Shown: piece after piece, positions 1 to 10,206 of the stretch
How the letters are laid out: every line of letters starts with the position of its first letter
Numbering within the stretch: position 1 is the stretch's first letter
Assembly (NCBI RefSeq): GCF_959020145.1
Contig: NZ_CAUEQY010000004.1
Span: 13,433-77,432, forward strand
Direction of reading: 5' to 3'
Source of the DNA: an uncultured Bifidobacterium sp.
GTDB lineage: Bacteria > Actinomycetota > Actinomycetes > Actinomycetales > Bifidobacteriaceae
DNA: 64,000 nucleotides
Translations under genes and position numbers: made by a program
Notes under the pieces: model-generated
What the model was told of the DNA's origin: nothing
What the model saw: the letters and a program-made list of their open reading frames with translations, nothing else
Databases searched by the model: none

Positions 1-1276
1 GATCGCCCACATACTTGCGGGCATCTGATACCGACGAGAACTTCTTGTGCACGATCAACGGTTCGGCCACGTTTTCCGCGATGGTCATCAGCGGATTGAA
101 CGAGCTGCCCGGATCCTGGAACACGAAGCCGATGTCGGCGCGCTTGGGCTTGAAATCACGTTCCTTCACACCGTTCATTTCTATGCCTAGAACGTTCAGG
201 GAACCGCCGGAAACCTTCTGCAGGCCTGCGATGGCACGGCCAGTGGTGGATTTGCCGGAACCGGACTCGCCTACCAGACCGAGCACTTCGGAACGGTGGA
301 TGGTGAAGTCGATGCCGTCCACGGCCTTGAAATCAGGCTGCATGAGATGACCCGGATACGTGATGGTCAGTCCCTTGGCCTCGACCGCGATGGGCTGATC
401 GCGCCAATCCTTCTCACGTTCGATGACCTTGCCATCGGCATCCTTGACGACCAGTTTCTGGCCAATACGCGGCACGGCGGCAAGCAGACGCTTGGTGTAG
501 TCGTCCTTCGGCGAGTAGAAGATCTGCTCGACGCTGCCCTGTTCGACGACGTGGCCGCGGTACATGACCACGACCTCATCGGCGATGTCGGCGATCACGC
601 CCATGTTGTGGGTGATGATGAGCACGGATGCGTCGAACTCGTCGCGCGCCAGACGCAGCAGGTCGAGGATTTCGGCCTGCACGGTCACGTCGAGGGCGGT
701 GGTCGGCTCGTCGGCCAGAATCAGGCCGGGGTTGAGCACCAGGGCCATGGCGATGACGATGCGCTGCTTCTGGCCGCCGGAGAACTGGTGTGGGTAGTAG
801 TCGATGCGGGTTTCCGCGTCCGGAATGCCGACCTTCTTGAGAATGTCGATGGACTTGGCACGGAGTTCCTTCTTGTCCTTCATGCCATGGGCGCGAAGGC
901 CTTCCTCGATCTGCCATCCGATGGTATACACCGGGTTGAGCACCGAATTGGGCTCCTGGAACACCATGGCCGCTTCGGCGCCGCGCATTTCGCGCAGCTG
1001 TTCGCCGGACAGCGACAGCACTTCCAGCTCCTCGGTGCCCGCGCGGTTCGACAGGTACACCGCGCCGGAGGTCGTAGCGGTCTCCGGCAGCAGCTTGATG
1101 AGGGAGCGTGCGGTCACGGACTTGCCGGAACCGGACTCGCCCACCACGCCGATGACCTTCTTACGGGGAATTTCGAAGCTGATCTTGTCGATGGCTTTGA
1201 TGGAACCGGCGTCGGTCATGAACGAGACGCTGAGGTCCTTGATCTCGGCGAGATTGCCTTCCTTGATTTCACTCAT
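1..1276 (-). CDS. Dipeptide/oligopeptide ABC transporter ATP-binding protein, fused double ATPase (3' end runs off the window)
   Basis: Read manually on the minus strand from ATG 1276 (MSEIKEGNLAEIKDL). Two Walker A motifs (GESGSGKS, near 1140 and 270), a FSGGQKQR signature and DEPTTALD. Follows the dpp permeases. Confidence 0.9.
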   Translation of the reverse strand, partial: MSEIKEGNLAEIKDLSVSFMTDAGSIKAIDKISFEIPRKKVIGVVGESGSGKSVTARSLIKLLPETATTSGAVYLSNRAGTEELEVLSLSGEQLREMRGAEAAMVFQEPNSVLNPVYTIGWQIEEGLRAHGMKDKKELRAKSIDILKKVGIPDAETRIDYYPHQFSGGQKQRIVIAMALVLNPGLILADEPTTALDVTVQAEILDLLRLARDEFDASVLIITHNMGVIADIADEVVVMYRGHVVEQGSVEQIFYSPKDDYTKRLLAAVPRIGQKLVVKDADGKVIEREKDWRDQPIAVEAKGLTITYPGHLMQPDFKAVDGIDFTIHRSEVLGLVGESGSGKSTTGRAIAGLQKVSGGSLNVLGIEMNGVKERDFKPKRADIGFVFQDPGSSFNPLMTIAENVAEPLIVHKKFSSVSDARKYVGD

Positions 1277-1280
1277 CGGT

Positions 1281-2456
1281 TCACTCCCCTTCCTCGGAAG
1301 CCCATTCGGAAGCCACGAATGACGGATCACGGTCGGTGACGGTCACCGGTTTGTCGCTGGCTCCCATCGGATTCTTCGCCGCCTCAAGTTCGGCGACGAC
1401 CTCGTTGCGCTTGCCTGGCTCCTGGCTGGGGTCCACGGACGTGTCTTCGATGGAACCCACCACTTCGCCTGCGGACTTGCGGGCGCGCAGACGCGGATCG
1501 GCCAGATCGTTCAGCGATTCGCCCACCAGGGTGATGCCCAGCACGATGAGCACGATGGCCAGACCCGGGAACACGGCGGTCCACCAGATGCCGGCGGTCA
1601 CATCGGAGACGGCGCGGTTGAGGTCGTATCCCCATTCGGCGGCCGCGGTCGGTTCGATGCCGAAGCCCAGGAAGCCCAGGCCCGCAAGGGTCAGGATGGC
1701 TTCGGAGGAGTTCAGCGTCAGGATGACCGGCAGGGTTCGTGTGGAGTTCTTGAACAGGTGCTTGGTCATGATGCGCCACGTGGAGGCGCCGACCACGCGG
1801 GCGGATTCCACGTACGCGGATTCCTTGATGCGGATCACTTCGGCACGGATGGTACGGAAGTATTGCGGAATATAGACCACGGTGATGGAGATGCCGGAGG
1901 CGAAGATGCCGCTCCACAGGCCGGACTGGCCGTGGGAGATCATGATCGCCATCAGAATCGCCAGCAGCAGCGACGGGAAGGAGTACACAGCGTCGGCGAT
2001 CATGACGAGCACACGATCGACCCATCCGCCGAAATAGCCGGAGACCAGGCCGAGCAGCACGCCTGCGAAAATCGACAGCAATACCGCGACGACGATGGCG
2101 ATGACGGCGGTGCGGGCACCCCAGACCACACGGCTGAACACATCGTAGCCACCTGCAGTGGTGCCCCAGATGTGTTCGGAGGACGGTGCCGCCTGGGCCG
2201 GGAAGGAAACGCCGTCGGCGCCCTTGAGCTGCGCGTAGCTGTATGGCGCGATGAGCGGCGCGAAAATGGCGACCAGCAGGAAGAACGCCGTGAGCACGAG
2301 GCCCGTGATCAGCATGCCTTTCTGCCAGCCGACTGCGACGCGTAGTTCCTTGATGATCGGAATCTTATGCCAGAATGGCGTCTTGTTGCCGAGCTTGAGC
2401 TCGTCCAGACGATTGTCGCCTGGAACGGTGACCTTGTTGGCAGATGCTGCGGTCAT
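1281..2456 (-). CDS. dppC: Peptide ABC transporter permease (DppC/OppC family)
   Basis: HIWGTT..GYDVFSRVVWGAR, EAA-loop YVESARVVGAS, LGFLGFG..P...EWG. Confidence 0.92.
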   Translation of the reverse strand: MTAASANKVTVPGDNRLDELKLGNKTPFWHKIPIIKELRVAVGWQKGMLITGLVLTAFFLLVAIFAPLIAPYSYAQLKGADGVSFPAQAAPSSEHIWGTTAGGYDVFSRVVWGARTAVIAIVVAVLLSIFAGVLLGLVSGYFGGWVDRVLVMIADAVYSFPSLLLAILMAIMISHGQSGLWSGIFASGISITVVYIPQYFRTIRAEVIRIKESAYVESARVVGASTWRIMTKHLFKNSTRTLPVILTLNSSEAILTLAGLGFLGFGIEPTAAAEWGYDLNRAVSDVTAGIWWTAVFPGLAIVLIVLGITLVGESLNDLADPRLRARKSAGEVVGSIEDTSVDPSQEPGKRNEVVAELEAAKNPMGASDKPVTVTDRDPSFVASEWASEEGE

Positions 2457-2457
2457 G

Positions 2458-3531
2458 TCAGTACCTCACTCTCGGGTCGACCAACGCGGCGATGACGTCG
2501 ACGATGAAGTTGACGACGGCCACGATGATGGCGATTAGGATAACGATGCCCTGCACGGCCACGAAGTCGCGTGCCTTCAGGTACTGCGACAGCATGAAGC
2601 CGAGTCCCTTCCATTCGAAGGTGGTTTCGGTGAGCACCGCGCCTGCGAGCATCAGGGCGATCTGCATGCCCATGACGGTGATGATTGGAATCAACGCCGG
2701 CTTCCATGCGTGCTTGTTGAGCAGACGCTTCTCGGAGACGCCGCGGGAACGTGCCGCTTCGACGTAGCCGGAATTGTAGGTGGCGATCACGTTGGTGCGC
2801 ACCAAACGGATGAACACGCCGGCGGTCAGCAGGCCCAACGCAAGGGCCGGCAACACAGCGTGACGGAGCACATCAAGCAACACGGACATATCACCCAACT
2901 GGATCGCGTCGATGATGTAGAAGCCGGTCGGCGAGACCAGTCGGGAGAACTGCATCTCGCTGCCAAGCGATGAGCGCCCGGATGCCGGCAGCACGTTCAG
3001 CCAGATGGCGAAGATGAGCTTCAGAATCAGGCCGAGGAAGAACACCGGGGTGGCATAGCACAGGATGGCGAAGGTGCGGATGCCCGCATCGGCCGCGTGG
3101 TCACGCTTGCGTGCGGCGATGCGTCCCAAGCCGATGCCGACGATGAGCGCGACGATGAGCGCGAGGAACGCCAGCTCGAATGTAGCGGCACCATAGTGAG
3201 TAAGGATGGTACTCACTTTTTGGTTATCGGTCAATGTGGTGCCGAGATCGCCATGCAGCAGGCCGCCAAGATAATCGATGTACTGCACGATGAGCGGACG
3301 GTCATAACCGGCCGCGTGGATACGCTTCTGCAGTTCCTCGGGAGTGAGACGGCCACCAAGAGCGGCGGAAATCGGATCGCCGGTAGCGCGCATCACGAAG
3401 AAGACGATGGTTACAAGAATAAATACTGTAGGAATGATCAGCAGAAAGCGTGTGAGCACGAAACGGAAGAATCCGCTTGAAAGCTTGTTTTTCTTGGCTT
3501 TCGGCTGAGCCTCGGTTGCGCTTTGCGTCAC
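2458..3531 (-). CDS. dppB: Peptide ABC transporter permease (DppB/OppB family)
   Basis: GDP..., GDLGT, YVEAARSRGV, VLTETTFEWKGLG, DPRVRY C-terminus. Confidence 0.92.
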   Translation of the reverse strand: MTQSATEAQPKAKKNKLSSGFFRFVLTRFLLIIPTVFILVTIVFFVMRATGDPISAALGGRLTPEELQKRIHAAGYDRPLIVQYIDYLGGLLHGDLGTTLTDNQKVSTILTHYGAATFELAFLALIVALIVGIGLGRIAARKRDHAADAGIRTFAILCYATPVFFLGLILKLIFAIWLNVLPASGRSSLGSEMQFSRLVSPTGFYIIDAIQLGDMSVLLDVLRHAVLPALALGLLTAGVFIRLVRTNVIATYNSGYVEAARSRGVSEKRLLNKHAWKPALIPIITVMGMQIALMLAGAVLTETTFEWKGLGFMLSQYLKARDFVAVQGIVILIAIIVAVVNFIVDVIAALVDPRVRY

Positions 3532-3573
3532 GTCGGGCTCCTTTTCCTTATTGGTGTTTTAGATACAAATTGA

Positions 3574-3607
3574 GCCCCTGCCTGACTTAGGCGGGTCAGG
3601 CAGGGGC
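3574..3607 (-). terminator. Hairpin between the substrate-binding gene and the permease (mRNA stabiliser or partial terminator)
   Basis: 13-bp inverted repeat GCCCCTGCCTGAC / GTCAGGCAGGGGC. Confidence 0.6.
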
Positions 3608-3622
3608 GGTCAAAGCCTTCCG

Positions 3623-5248
3623 TCAGGCCTTGGTCACGGACGAGTAGCGGAAGCGGAAGGAAGCGTCAAGGACGACACCCTTCACATTAGAACCGGTGAC
3701 CGCAACCTGGGCACCCTGCAGCAGCGGGATGGTGGACAGGTCATCGGTTTCGAGCTTCTGGATTTCCTTCAACAGGTCCTCACGGGCCTTGGCGTCAGTC
3801 TCTCCGGCCTGCTTGACGATCAGATCGTTGACTTCCTTGTTGGAGTATCCGTTGTTCACGAAGTTGCCGTCACGGAAGAATGGGGACAGGTAGTTGTCCG
3901 GATCGGAGTAGTCAGGGAACCAACCGAGCTGGTAGACCGGGTAGGAACCATCGGAATCCTCGGTGACCACACGGTCCTTGTTGAACTGGGTCCATTCGGT
4001 GGACTGCAGGTCGACCTTGAACAGGCCGCCTTCCTCGAGCTGGGCCTTGATGGCCGCATACTCGTCGGCGGAGGACTGGCCGTAGTGGTCCGGGTTGTAC
4101 TGGAGCTTCAGGTCTACCGGGGTCTTCACACCGGCGGCTTCGAGGGTCTTCTTGGCCTTGGCCGCATCCGGCTTGCCGGAACCGTCGCCATAGGCTTCCT
4201 TCAGGGTGTCGTCGTGGCCGGACAGGCCATCCGGAATGAAGGAGTACAGCGGGGTGTAGGTGCTCTTGTAGACCTTGGTGGCCAGCTCGTTGCGGTCGAT
4301 CAGGCTTGCAACGGCCTGACGCACGGCCTTGGCCTTGTCGGCGTTCGGCTCGCTGGACTTCTCGCCGTACGGCATGATCTTGAAGTTGAAGGCAAGGAAG
4401 CGCTCTTCGCCGCCCGGTCCCTTGACGACCTTGACCTTGTTGTCCTTGGACAGGTCCTCGACGTCGGTCGGGGTCATGGAGCGGTAGGCCACGTCGACCT
4501 GGCCCTGCTGCACGGCCATCTTCAGGTTGGAGGAATCGGCGAAGTACTTGACCTGCACAACGTCGTTCTTAGCTGGGGTCAAACCCTTGTAGGAAACGTT
4601 CTTGGCATATGCCAGGGCCTCGTTCACCTTGTAGGAGGTGAGCTTGTACGGGCCTGCGAAGGCGTTGTCCTTGACGATGGTGTTGGCATCGGTCAGCTTG
4701 TCGGCGGAGAAGGACTCTTCGTCGACGATCGGGCCGGCCGGGCTGGAGAGCACCTGCTTCAGGGTCACGTCGTCCTTGACCGCGGAGTGGAACACGACGG
4801 TGGTGTCATCCTTGGCCTCGACGGACTCGATGTTGGCCAGCAGGGAGGACGGACCGTTCTCGTCGTTGATCTTCTTGATACGGTCGAAGGAGAACTTGAC
4901 GTCGGAGGCGGTCAGATCGTGGCCGTTCGCGAACTTCAGGCCCTTCTTGAGCTTGACGGTGAACTCGGTGCCGTCGGCGCTCCAGGTGCCGTCATCGGCG
5001 GCGATGTCCGGAGACAGCTCGGAAGTGTTGTAGTTCTGCGCGTACAGGAACGGGAACACCTGAATCTGCACGGCGTAGGAACCGTTGTCGTAGGAGCCAG
5101 CCGGATCAAGGCTGGTGATCTTATCGGTCGTGCCGACGGTGATGGTGTTGCCAGTTGCGGCGCCACCGTCCTTCACGCCGCCGCAGGCGGCCAGGGAAGC
5201 CAGAGCCGCGACAGAAGCCAGAGCGGCGATAACTTTCTTGCGATTCAC
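3623..5248 (-). CDS. dppA: Family 5 peptide ABC substrate-binding lipoprotein
   Basis: Lipobox LAAC, SLDPA, KFANGHDLTASDVKFSF, GPYKL, GWFPDYSDPDNYL. Confidence 0.92.
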   Translation of the reverse strand: MNRKKVIAALASVAALASLAACGGVKDGGAATGNTITVGTTDKITSLDPAGSYDNGSYAVQIQVFPFLYAQNYNTSELSPDIAADDGTWSADGTEFTVKLKKGLKFANGHDLTASDVKFSFDRIKKINDENGPSSLLANIESVEAKDDTTVVFHSAVKDDVTLKQVLSSPAGPIVDEESFSADKLTDANTIVKDNAFAGPYKLTSYKVNEALAYAKNVSYKGLTPAKNDVVQVKYFADSSNLKMAVQQGQVDVAYRSMTPTDVEDLSKDNKVKVVKGPGGEERFLAFNFKIMPYGEKSSEPNADKAKAVRQAVASLIDRNELATKVYKSTYTPLYSFIPDGLSGHDDTLKEAYGDGSGKPDAAKAKKTLEAAGVKTPVDLKLQYNPDHYGQSSADEYAAIKAQLEEGGLFKVDLQSTEWTQFNKDRVVTEDSDGSYPVYQLGWFPDYSDPDNYLSPFFRDGNFVNNGYSNKEVNDLIVKQAGETDAKAREDLLKEIQKLETDDLSTIPLLQGAQVAVTGSNVKGVVLDASFRFRYSSVTKA

Positions 5249-5563
5249 TATGGAATCCTCTCTTTTCTATCCGAATCGCCCCTGTGCAAGGCGATATAGT
5301 GACAAGAATCGGCGCGCAATGTTAACCGTACGTTTCATTGGAGGCCGTTTTACCCACCTACCTTATATTCGCCGTTTTCTGCTATGCATTAAAACGGCGA
5401 AATTCCAACGTTTTAACGACTAGTGAAAGAAAATAAGAAAAACCAGCCATTTTATGAGACGGACCCAGCCAAAGTCGCATTCAAGGTCTACGTCCTTCTT
5501 TTTCACTCATTGCTTTCGCACAGAGAGACCCAGATAAGCGCGCGACACGCGGCACAACACGAA

Positions 5564-5597
5564 TTGCATTAATCAATTAACGGCGTTAATATATTAA
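5564..5597 (+). promoter_or_regulatory. Sigma-A promoter of the ROK operon overlapped by an AT-rich palindromic operator
   Basis: -35 TTGCAT (5564-5569), 17-bp spacer, -10 TAATAT (5587-5592). Palindrome TTAATCAATTAAC-GGC-GTTAATATATTAA (5569-5597), 11/13 arm match. Confidence 0.65.
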
Positions 5598-5639
5598 GAA
5601 GTTCAACGAGGGTCCATGCACTGTCGCAAGGAGGTGAGC

Positions 5640-6842
5640 ATGAGTAGGTACAGCGCCCAACAGTCATCGATCTCGGAAAACAACCGTTCCCGCATCCTGC
5701 AATACCTGTACCACAATGGCATCTGCTCACGCGCGCAGATCGCCAAAGCCATCAAGCTCACTCCGGCGGCAATCACCAAAATCACCGCGAAACTGCTGGC
5801 GCAGGGCATCATCGAAGAAACCGGCGACATGGACGGAGACAAGAACCGCCGTTCCATCGGTCTGAATCTCAATTGCGCCAAATACCACATCATCGGCGTG
5901 AAGTTCGCCCGCAGTCTGGTGCAAATCGCGGTCTTCGACCTCAAGTGCAACCGTATCTTCCTGTCCGACTTGCCTACCGTCAGCGAAGAGCACATCCCCG
6001 AAACGGTGGAGCGCATTCGAGATACCGTACGCCAGCTCATCAAGGACGACCCCAGCATCGTGGCCGTCGGCATGGCGGTTCCGGGGCCCTATTTAAAGGA
6101 CGAAGGACGCACCGCTTTGGTCTCCTCCATGCAGGGCTGGAGGCAAATCAACTTCATCGACGAATTCAGCAACGCATTCAGCGTCCCCGTGTTCGTCGAA
6201 CAGGACGCCCGCGCCGGCGCGCTGGCGCAGTTCCTGTTCAATCCGGAACTGTCGGAAGGTTCCCTCGCCTACTATCTGCTTGGCGAAGGCATCGGCCTCG
6301 GAGTCATCGACAACGGCACCATCTACTACGGCGAGCACGGCACCGCCACGGAAATCGGACACGTCTCCATCGACGTGAACGGCAAGCCATGCGACTGCGG
6401 CAATGTCGGATGCCTGGAACGCTACTGCTCCGCCAACGCCATCCACGAACAACTCAACGCCAACCCGAGCATCGTTCCCGGATGCGAGACGATGACGCAT
6501 GCGCAGGCTTGCGCAGCACTGTTCGCCAAGGCGAACGCGGGAGACGAGACCGCGACGCTTCTGATGCTCGATGTTGCCCGATACGTTGGGTACGGCGCGG
6601 TCACCATCATCAACGCTTTCAATCCGACACACATCGTTCTTGGAGACATCATCGCGCAAGCCGGCCAGCCGTTGCTCGACGAAGTCACACAAGTCGTGCG
6701 CGAACGCACGATCCCCGAAATCGGGCGCAACACCCGAATCACCCTGTCCGCCCTGCCCACCGACGCCACCGTCACCGGTGCCGCCGCCGTGGCCATCACC
6801 AATTTTTTGGAACATCCATCGATGTTCTTCGACGTCGCATAG
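5640..6842 (+). CDS. ROK family (NagC/XylR-like) transcriptional repressor
   Basis: N-terminal HTH (SRAQIAKAIKLTPAAIT), EIGH and the CDCGNVGCLE zinc motif. GGAGG RBS before ATG 5640. Confidence 0.92.
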   Translation: MSRYSAQQSSISENNRSRILQYLYHNGICSRAQIAKAIKLTPAAITKITAKLLAQGIIEETGDMDGDKNRRSIGLNLNCAKYHIIGVKFARSLVQIAVFDLKCNRIFLSDLPTVSEEHIPETVERIRDTVRQLIKDDPSIVAVGMAVPGPYLKDEGRTALVSSMQGWRQINFIDEFSNAFSVPVFVEQDARAGALAQFLFNPELSEGSLAYYLLGEGIGLGVIDNGTIYYGEHGTATEIGHVSIDVNGKPCDCGNVGCLERYCSANAIHEQLNANPSIVPGCETMTHAQACAALFAKANAGDETATLLMLDVARYVGYGAVTIINAFNPTHIVLGDIIAQAGQPLLDEVTQVVRERTIPEIGRNTRITLSALPTDATVTGAAAVAITNFLEHPSMFFDVA

Positions 6843-6872
6843 CACGCCGCCCACCAAAGAAAGGAACCACCC

Positions 6873-7772
6873 ATGTCCAAGCCAATCGTCATCGCCCTCG
6901 GTGAAATCCTGTGGGATATGCTCCCCACCGGCAAGCGCGCCGGCGGCGCTCCCGTCAACTTCGCCTACCACGCGTCCCAGAACGGCGCAGAAAGCTACGC
7001 CATCAGCGCCGTCGGTAACGACGAGCTGGGCGCCGAGCTGCTCAACGATGCGCACAAGGCCGGCATCAACACGCTGGTGCAGACCAACGAATACCCGACC
7101 GGCACCGTCGCCGTGGCACTGACCAACGGCATTCCGGAATACACCATCGTGCAGAACGTAGCTTGGGACCACATCGGCTACACCGACGAACTCGCCGAGG
7201 CCGTGTCCAAGGCCGACGCCATCTGCTTCGGCACGCTGGGTCTGCGTTCCCAGGAATCGCATGACACCATCATCAAACTGCTCCAGCATACCAAGGAAGG
7301 CGCGCTGAAGTTCTTCGACATCAACCTGCGCGCCAACTTCTACTCCAAGGAGCTGATCGAGGAGCTGCTGGGATACGCCAACATCTTCAAGATCAACGAC
7401 GACGAGCTCATCATGATGCGTGAGATGTTCTCCATTCCGGAGGGCAACGACGAAGAGGCCTGCAAGTGGTTCATGGATCGCTTCGATCTGGAGTACACCA
7501 TCCTGACCGGCGGCGCGACCTTCAGCACCATCATCGCCAAGGACGGCGAGACCTCCACTCTGCTGACCCCGCATGTCGAGGTGGCCGACACCGTCGGAGC
7601 CGGCGATTCCTTCTCCGGCTCCTTCACCGGTAAGATCCTGTCCGGTGCCTCCCTCAAGGAAGCGCATCGCGCGGCCGTGAACACCGCCGCCTACGTGTGC
7701 ACCAAGGAAGGCGGCTGGCCGGCCTACCCGACCGAAGGCGTTCCGGATTACCTCGCCGCAGCAGCCAAGTAA
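6873..7772 (+). CDS. PfkB family carbohydrate kinase (fructokinase-like)
   Basis: GEILWD, GGAPVN, DINLR, DTVGAGDSF PfkB signature. Confidence 0.92.
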   Translation: MSKPIVIALGEILWDMLPTGKRAGGAPVNFAYHASQNGAESYAISAVGNDELGAELLNDAHKAGINTLVQTNEYPTGTVAVALTNGIPEYTIVQNVAWDHIGYTDELAEAVSKADAICFGTLGLRSQESHDTIIKLLQHTKEGALKFFDINLRANFYSKELIEELLGYANIFKINDDELIMMREMFSIPEGNDEEACKWFMDRFDLEYTILTGGATFSTIIAKDGETSTLLTPHVEVADTVGAGDSFSGSFTGKILSGASLKEAHRAAVNTAAYVCTKEGGWPAYPTEGVPDYLAAAAK

Positions 7773-7799
7773 GCGTATCTTTTCCTTTCATCATCACCG

Positions 7800-7839
7800 A
7801 TTCCGCATGCCGTCAAATAACGGCATGCGGAATTTTTTT
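7800..7839 (+). terminator. Rho-independent terminator
   Basis: ATTCCGCATGCCGT / ACGGCATGCGGAAT stem followed by a T run. Confidence 0.85.
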
Positions 7840-7962
7840 ACCGGTTTTGCGAAGTTTCGTCGGTATGATGAATCGCCGATAGCATAATTTGGTTTGTCGG
7901 ATAAACCGTGGTATCTTGAAATTTCTGGCTATAAAGCCGGAAGGTTTGATAATTCAATATTT

Positions 7963-8356
7963 GGGGATGATCGGTTTCGACGGTGACCTGTTCGTCGCAG
8001 GGAAGCGTGCCGAGAACGTAGGGTCCGCTCGTGGATGCCCCCTACAAAAGAATAAGTGCTAAATCTAACCGCACTGAGTTCGCTCTCGCTGCCTGAGCTT
8101 CGCGCCAGGATTAACCAGTGAGCAGCCGCTCCGTTCACTCCCCCTCGTCTTTGGGGGGATGTTGAGCGTCGTTTAGAAGACTTGCCTTACCGGCTGAGCC
8201 ACAGGGCCGGCAAGGGACTTTTACTGTAGATATGCTCGCCATCAGTTGTCTGCGACATCGATGGGGGCAGAAAAACCGCCGCACGGCCAGCAGACTACGC
8301 ACGTAGAAGACTGAGGGTTCGGTCATCGGACCGGGGTTCGATTCCCCGCATCTCCA
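7963..8356 (+). ncRNA. ssrA: tmRNA
   Basis: 5' GGGGATG pairs with 3' CATCTCC(A). T-arm GGTTCGATTCC. Tag reading frame 8058-8096 encodes AKSNRTEFALAA*. Confidence 0.97.
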
Positions 8357-8363
8357 CGGATTG

Positions 8364-8393
8364 AAAGCCGCCAGAAATGGCGGCTTTTCCTTT
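8364..8393 (+). terminator. Terminator downstream of ssrA
   Basis: AAAGCCGCCA-GAAA-TGGCGGCTTT followed by a T-rich run. Confidence 0.75.
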
Positions 8394-8646
8394 ATTTCCA
8401 ACGGTTTCCACCACTTTTGCAATTCGCTGCAATTCACCCTTTATCGCGATATTTCTCAAAAACATGGGCAAAATGTGGGCACGAATCATGCGTCAGCAAT
8501 GACGGCTTTTTGTATTTGCAATCACATTTCTCGTTTGGTGAAACAACGCATGTCGGCAGCAACGCCTCCGTATCATCGAAATAACCGTCCGGCGCCTTTC
8601 AATATTGCAAGCCGCCGGCCAGCCAACCATCGAAAGGGACGATATC

Positions 8647-9051
8647 ATGGCGAAGCTTACAGAGGAAATGAAGGATTTCATCAGCAGCAATCTCGCTTGG
8701 GTGGCCACCATCGGCAAGGATGGACACGTCGATTTGGGGCCGAAAATGAGCACGTTCGTCATCGATGACACTCATATCGGCTATCACGAGCGTACCGCCG
8801 GCCAAATGTACCGTAATCTGCTCGACGGCAGCGAACTGGTCATCGCAGTGGCCAATCTTGAGCAGAAGCGAGGTTATCGTTTCCGTGGCAACGTCACTCT
8901 GCATTCCGATGATGCGATCTACGATGAGCAGGTCGCTGTGGCCGAACATAACGGCACGAAGAAGCCCATGACCATTCCCGTTCTGGAGATCACGGAGATT
9001 CAGGACTTGACGCCAGGGGCGACCGCAGGCAAGACCATCGTCAAGGACTGA
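8647..9051 (+). CDS. Pyridoxamine 5'-phosphate oxidase-like FMN-binding protein
   Basis: 134 aa. WVATIGKDG.VDLGPK, GQMYRNL, GYRFRG pattern of the PNPOx-like split barrel. AAAGGG RBS. Confidence 0.8.
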   Translation: MAKLTEEMKDFISSNLAWVATIGKDGHVDLGPKMSTFVIDDTHIGYHERTAGQMYRNLLDGSELVIAVANLEQKRGYRFRGNVTLHSDDAIYDEQVAVAEHNGTKKPMTIPVLEITEIQDLTPGATAGKTIVKD

Positions 9052-9094
9052 CGCCCGTTCAACGCATACGGCTAATACCATCCATCCAAACGCG

Positions 9095-9148
9095 GAAACG
9101 CGCTCTGGCCCTCCCTTGGAAAGAAGGTCCAGAGCGCGTTTCGTTTTT
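9095..9148 (+). terminator. Terminator between the convergent PNPOx gene and ftsQ
   Basis: 14-bp stem GAAACGCGCTCTGG / CCAGAGCGCGTTTC plus TTTTT. Confidence 0.8.
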
Positions 9149-9216
9149 CTGTCAAGACAAAAAGAGCTAGATCAAAGTATTTCCGCTCCGTCATGCAGTG
9201 ACGTTGCGCAATAACG

Positions 9217-10206
9217 CTATTTGATGATCGGTCTCAACGGCGCGGACACGTCCACGTTATGCTTGTCTCCAATCACGTTCGGATCATTGACGATCTTGTC
9301 CACCACCGCTTTCTTGAGCTTCAGGTCCGAGGAATCACCCCATACGATCACGCGGTCTCCCCCATTGAGTTCCGTGGTGATGGAATCCTGGGTCGCCGCG
9401 GTGACCTTGGTGATGGAATTGCGCATCGATTCCGGCAGTGAGCTGAGAATCTTCAACGCTTCCTTGATAGGACGCCTAGACAGGCTCGCATCGACGTTCT
9501 GCACTTCGATGACGGGAATGCCTTCCACGGAAACGCCGCTGACGGAATTGAGCACGCGGCCCTTGCTGTCGACCGCCGTCATATGGTCCTCGCTGGTTTT
9601 GAGCATGGCCGCGGGTTTCTGCGCCTTGATCGTCACTTCAAGCGAGTTCGGCAGCTGTTTCTTCGACTTGGCTGACGTGACTCCCGGAATCGCCTTGATC
9701 TGCTTCTCCACGGCTCCATCCGAAACCAGGAACAACGATTTTCCGGACTGCTGCCTCGCGATGTCAAGCACCTGCGATTCGCTCACCCATTCGTTGGCGC
9801 CGACCACGCTGATGTTGCCTGGCTCCAAACGGAACACCGACGAGAAGAGGAACAGCCAGACGACAGCTCCCAAAACCACGGCTACGACAAGACCGATGAG
9901 CACGCGCAGGACTATGGCTCGCGCGCCGGCCTGACGGCGTTCCTTGAGCCGTTCGCCGAAATCAACCACTTTCGGACGTGTCATGATGCCGATCGTGCCG
10001 GTGGTCTCCTGCAGGGTTTTGGAAACCAGGTCCTCGCTTTGCAAACGTCGCGCGTCTACGAAGCCTTCGGCTTTTGAACGGTCCGCGTACCCTTCAATCG
10101 ACCGTCCTTCGGCATGCTCCGATGAGATGGACCGTCCGGAACGTCGTCCGCCCGACTGGTCCGTCTCCTGCACATCCTTGCCGGAACTGATGACCCGTCG
10201 AGCCAT
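9217..10206 (-). CDS. ftsQ: Cell division protein FtsQ/DivIB
   Basis: Single TM, POTRA-like region, VIVWGDSS..KLK, DVSAP. TGATG overlap with the murC stop. Confidence 0.88.
   Translation of the reverse strand: MARRVISSGKDVQETDQSGGRRSGRSISSEHAEGRSIEGYADRSKAEGFVDARRLQSEDLVSKTLQETTGTIGIMTRPKVVDFGERLKERRQAGARAIVLRVLIGLVVAVVLGAVVWLFLFSSVFRLEPGNISVVGANEWVSESQVLDIARQQSGKSLFLVSDGAVEKQIKAIPGVTSAKSKKQLPNSLEVTIKAQKPAAMLKTSEDHMTAVDSKGRVLNSVSGVSVEGIPVIEVQNVDASLSRRPIKEALKILSSLPESMRNSITKVTAATQDSITTELNGGDRVIVWGDSSDLKLKKAVVDKIVNDPNVIGDKHNVDVSAPLRPIIK

Noticed and set aside
8320..8357. tRNA-like T-arm
   Set aside because: It is the tRNA-like domain of tmRNA, not a separate tRNA.
7929..8489. Minus-strand ORFs 7929-8138, 8135-8437 and 8295-8489
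   Set aside because: They overlap the tmRNA gene in antisense; spurious.
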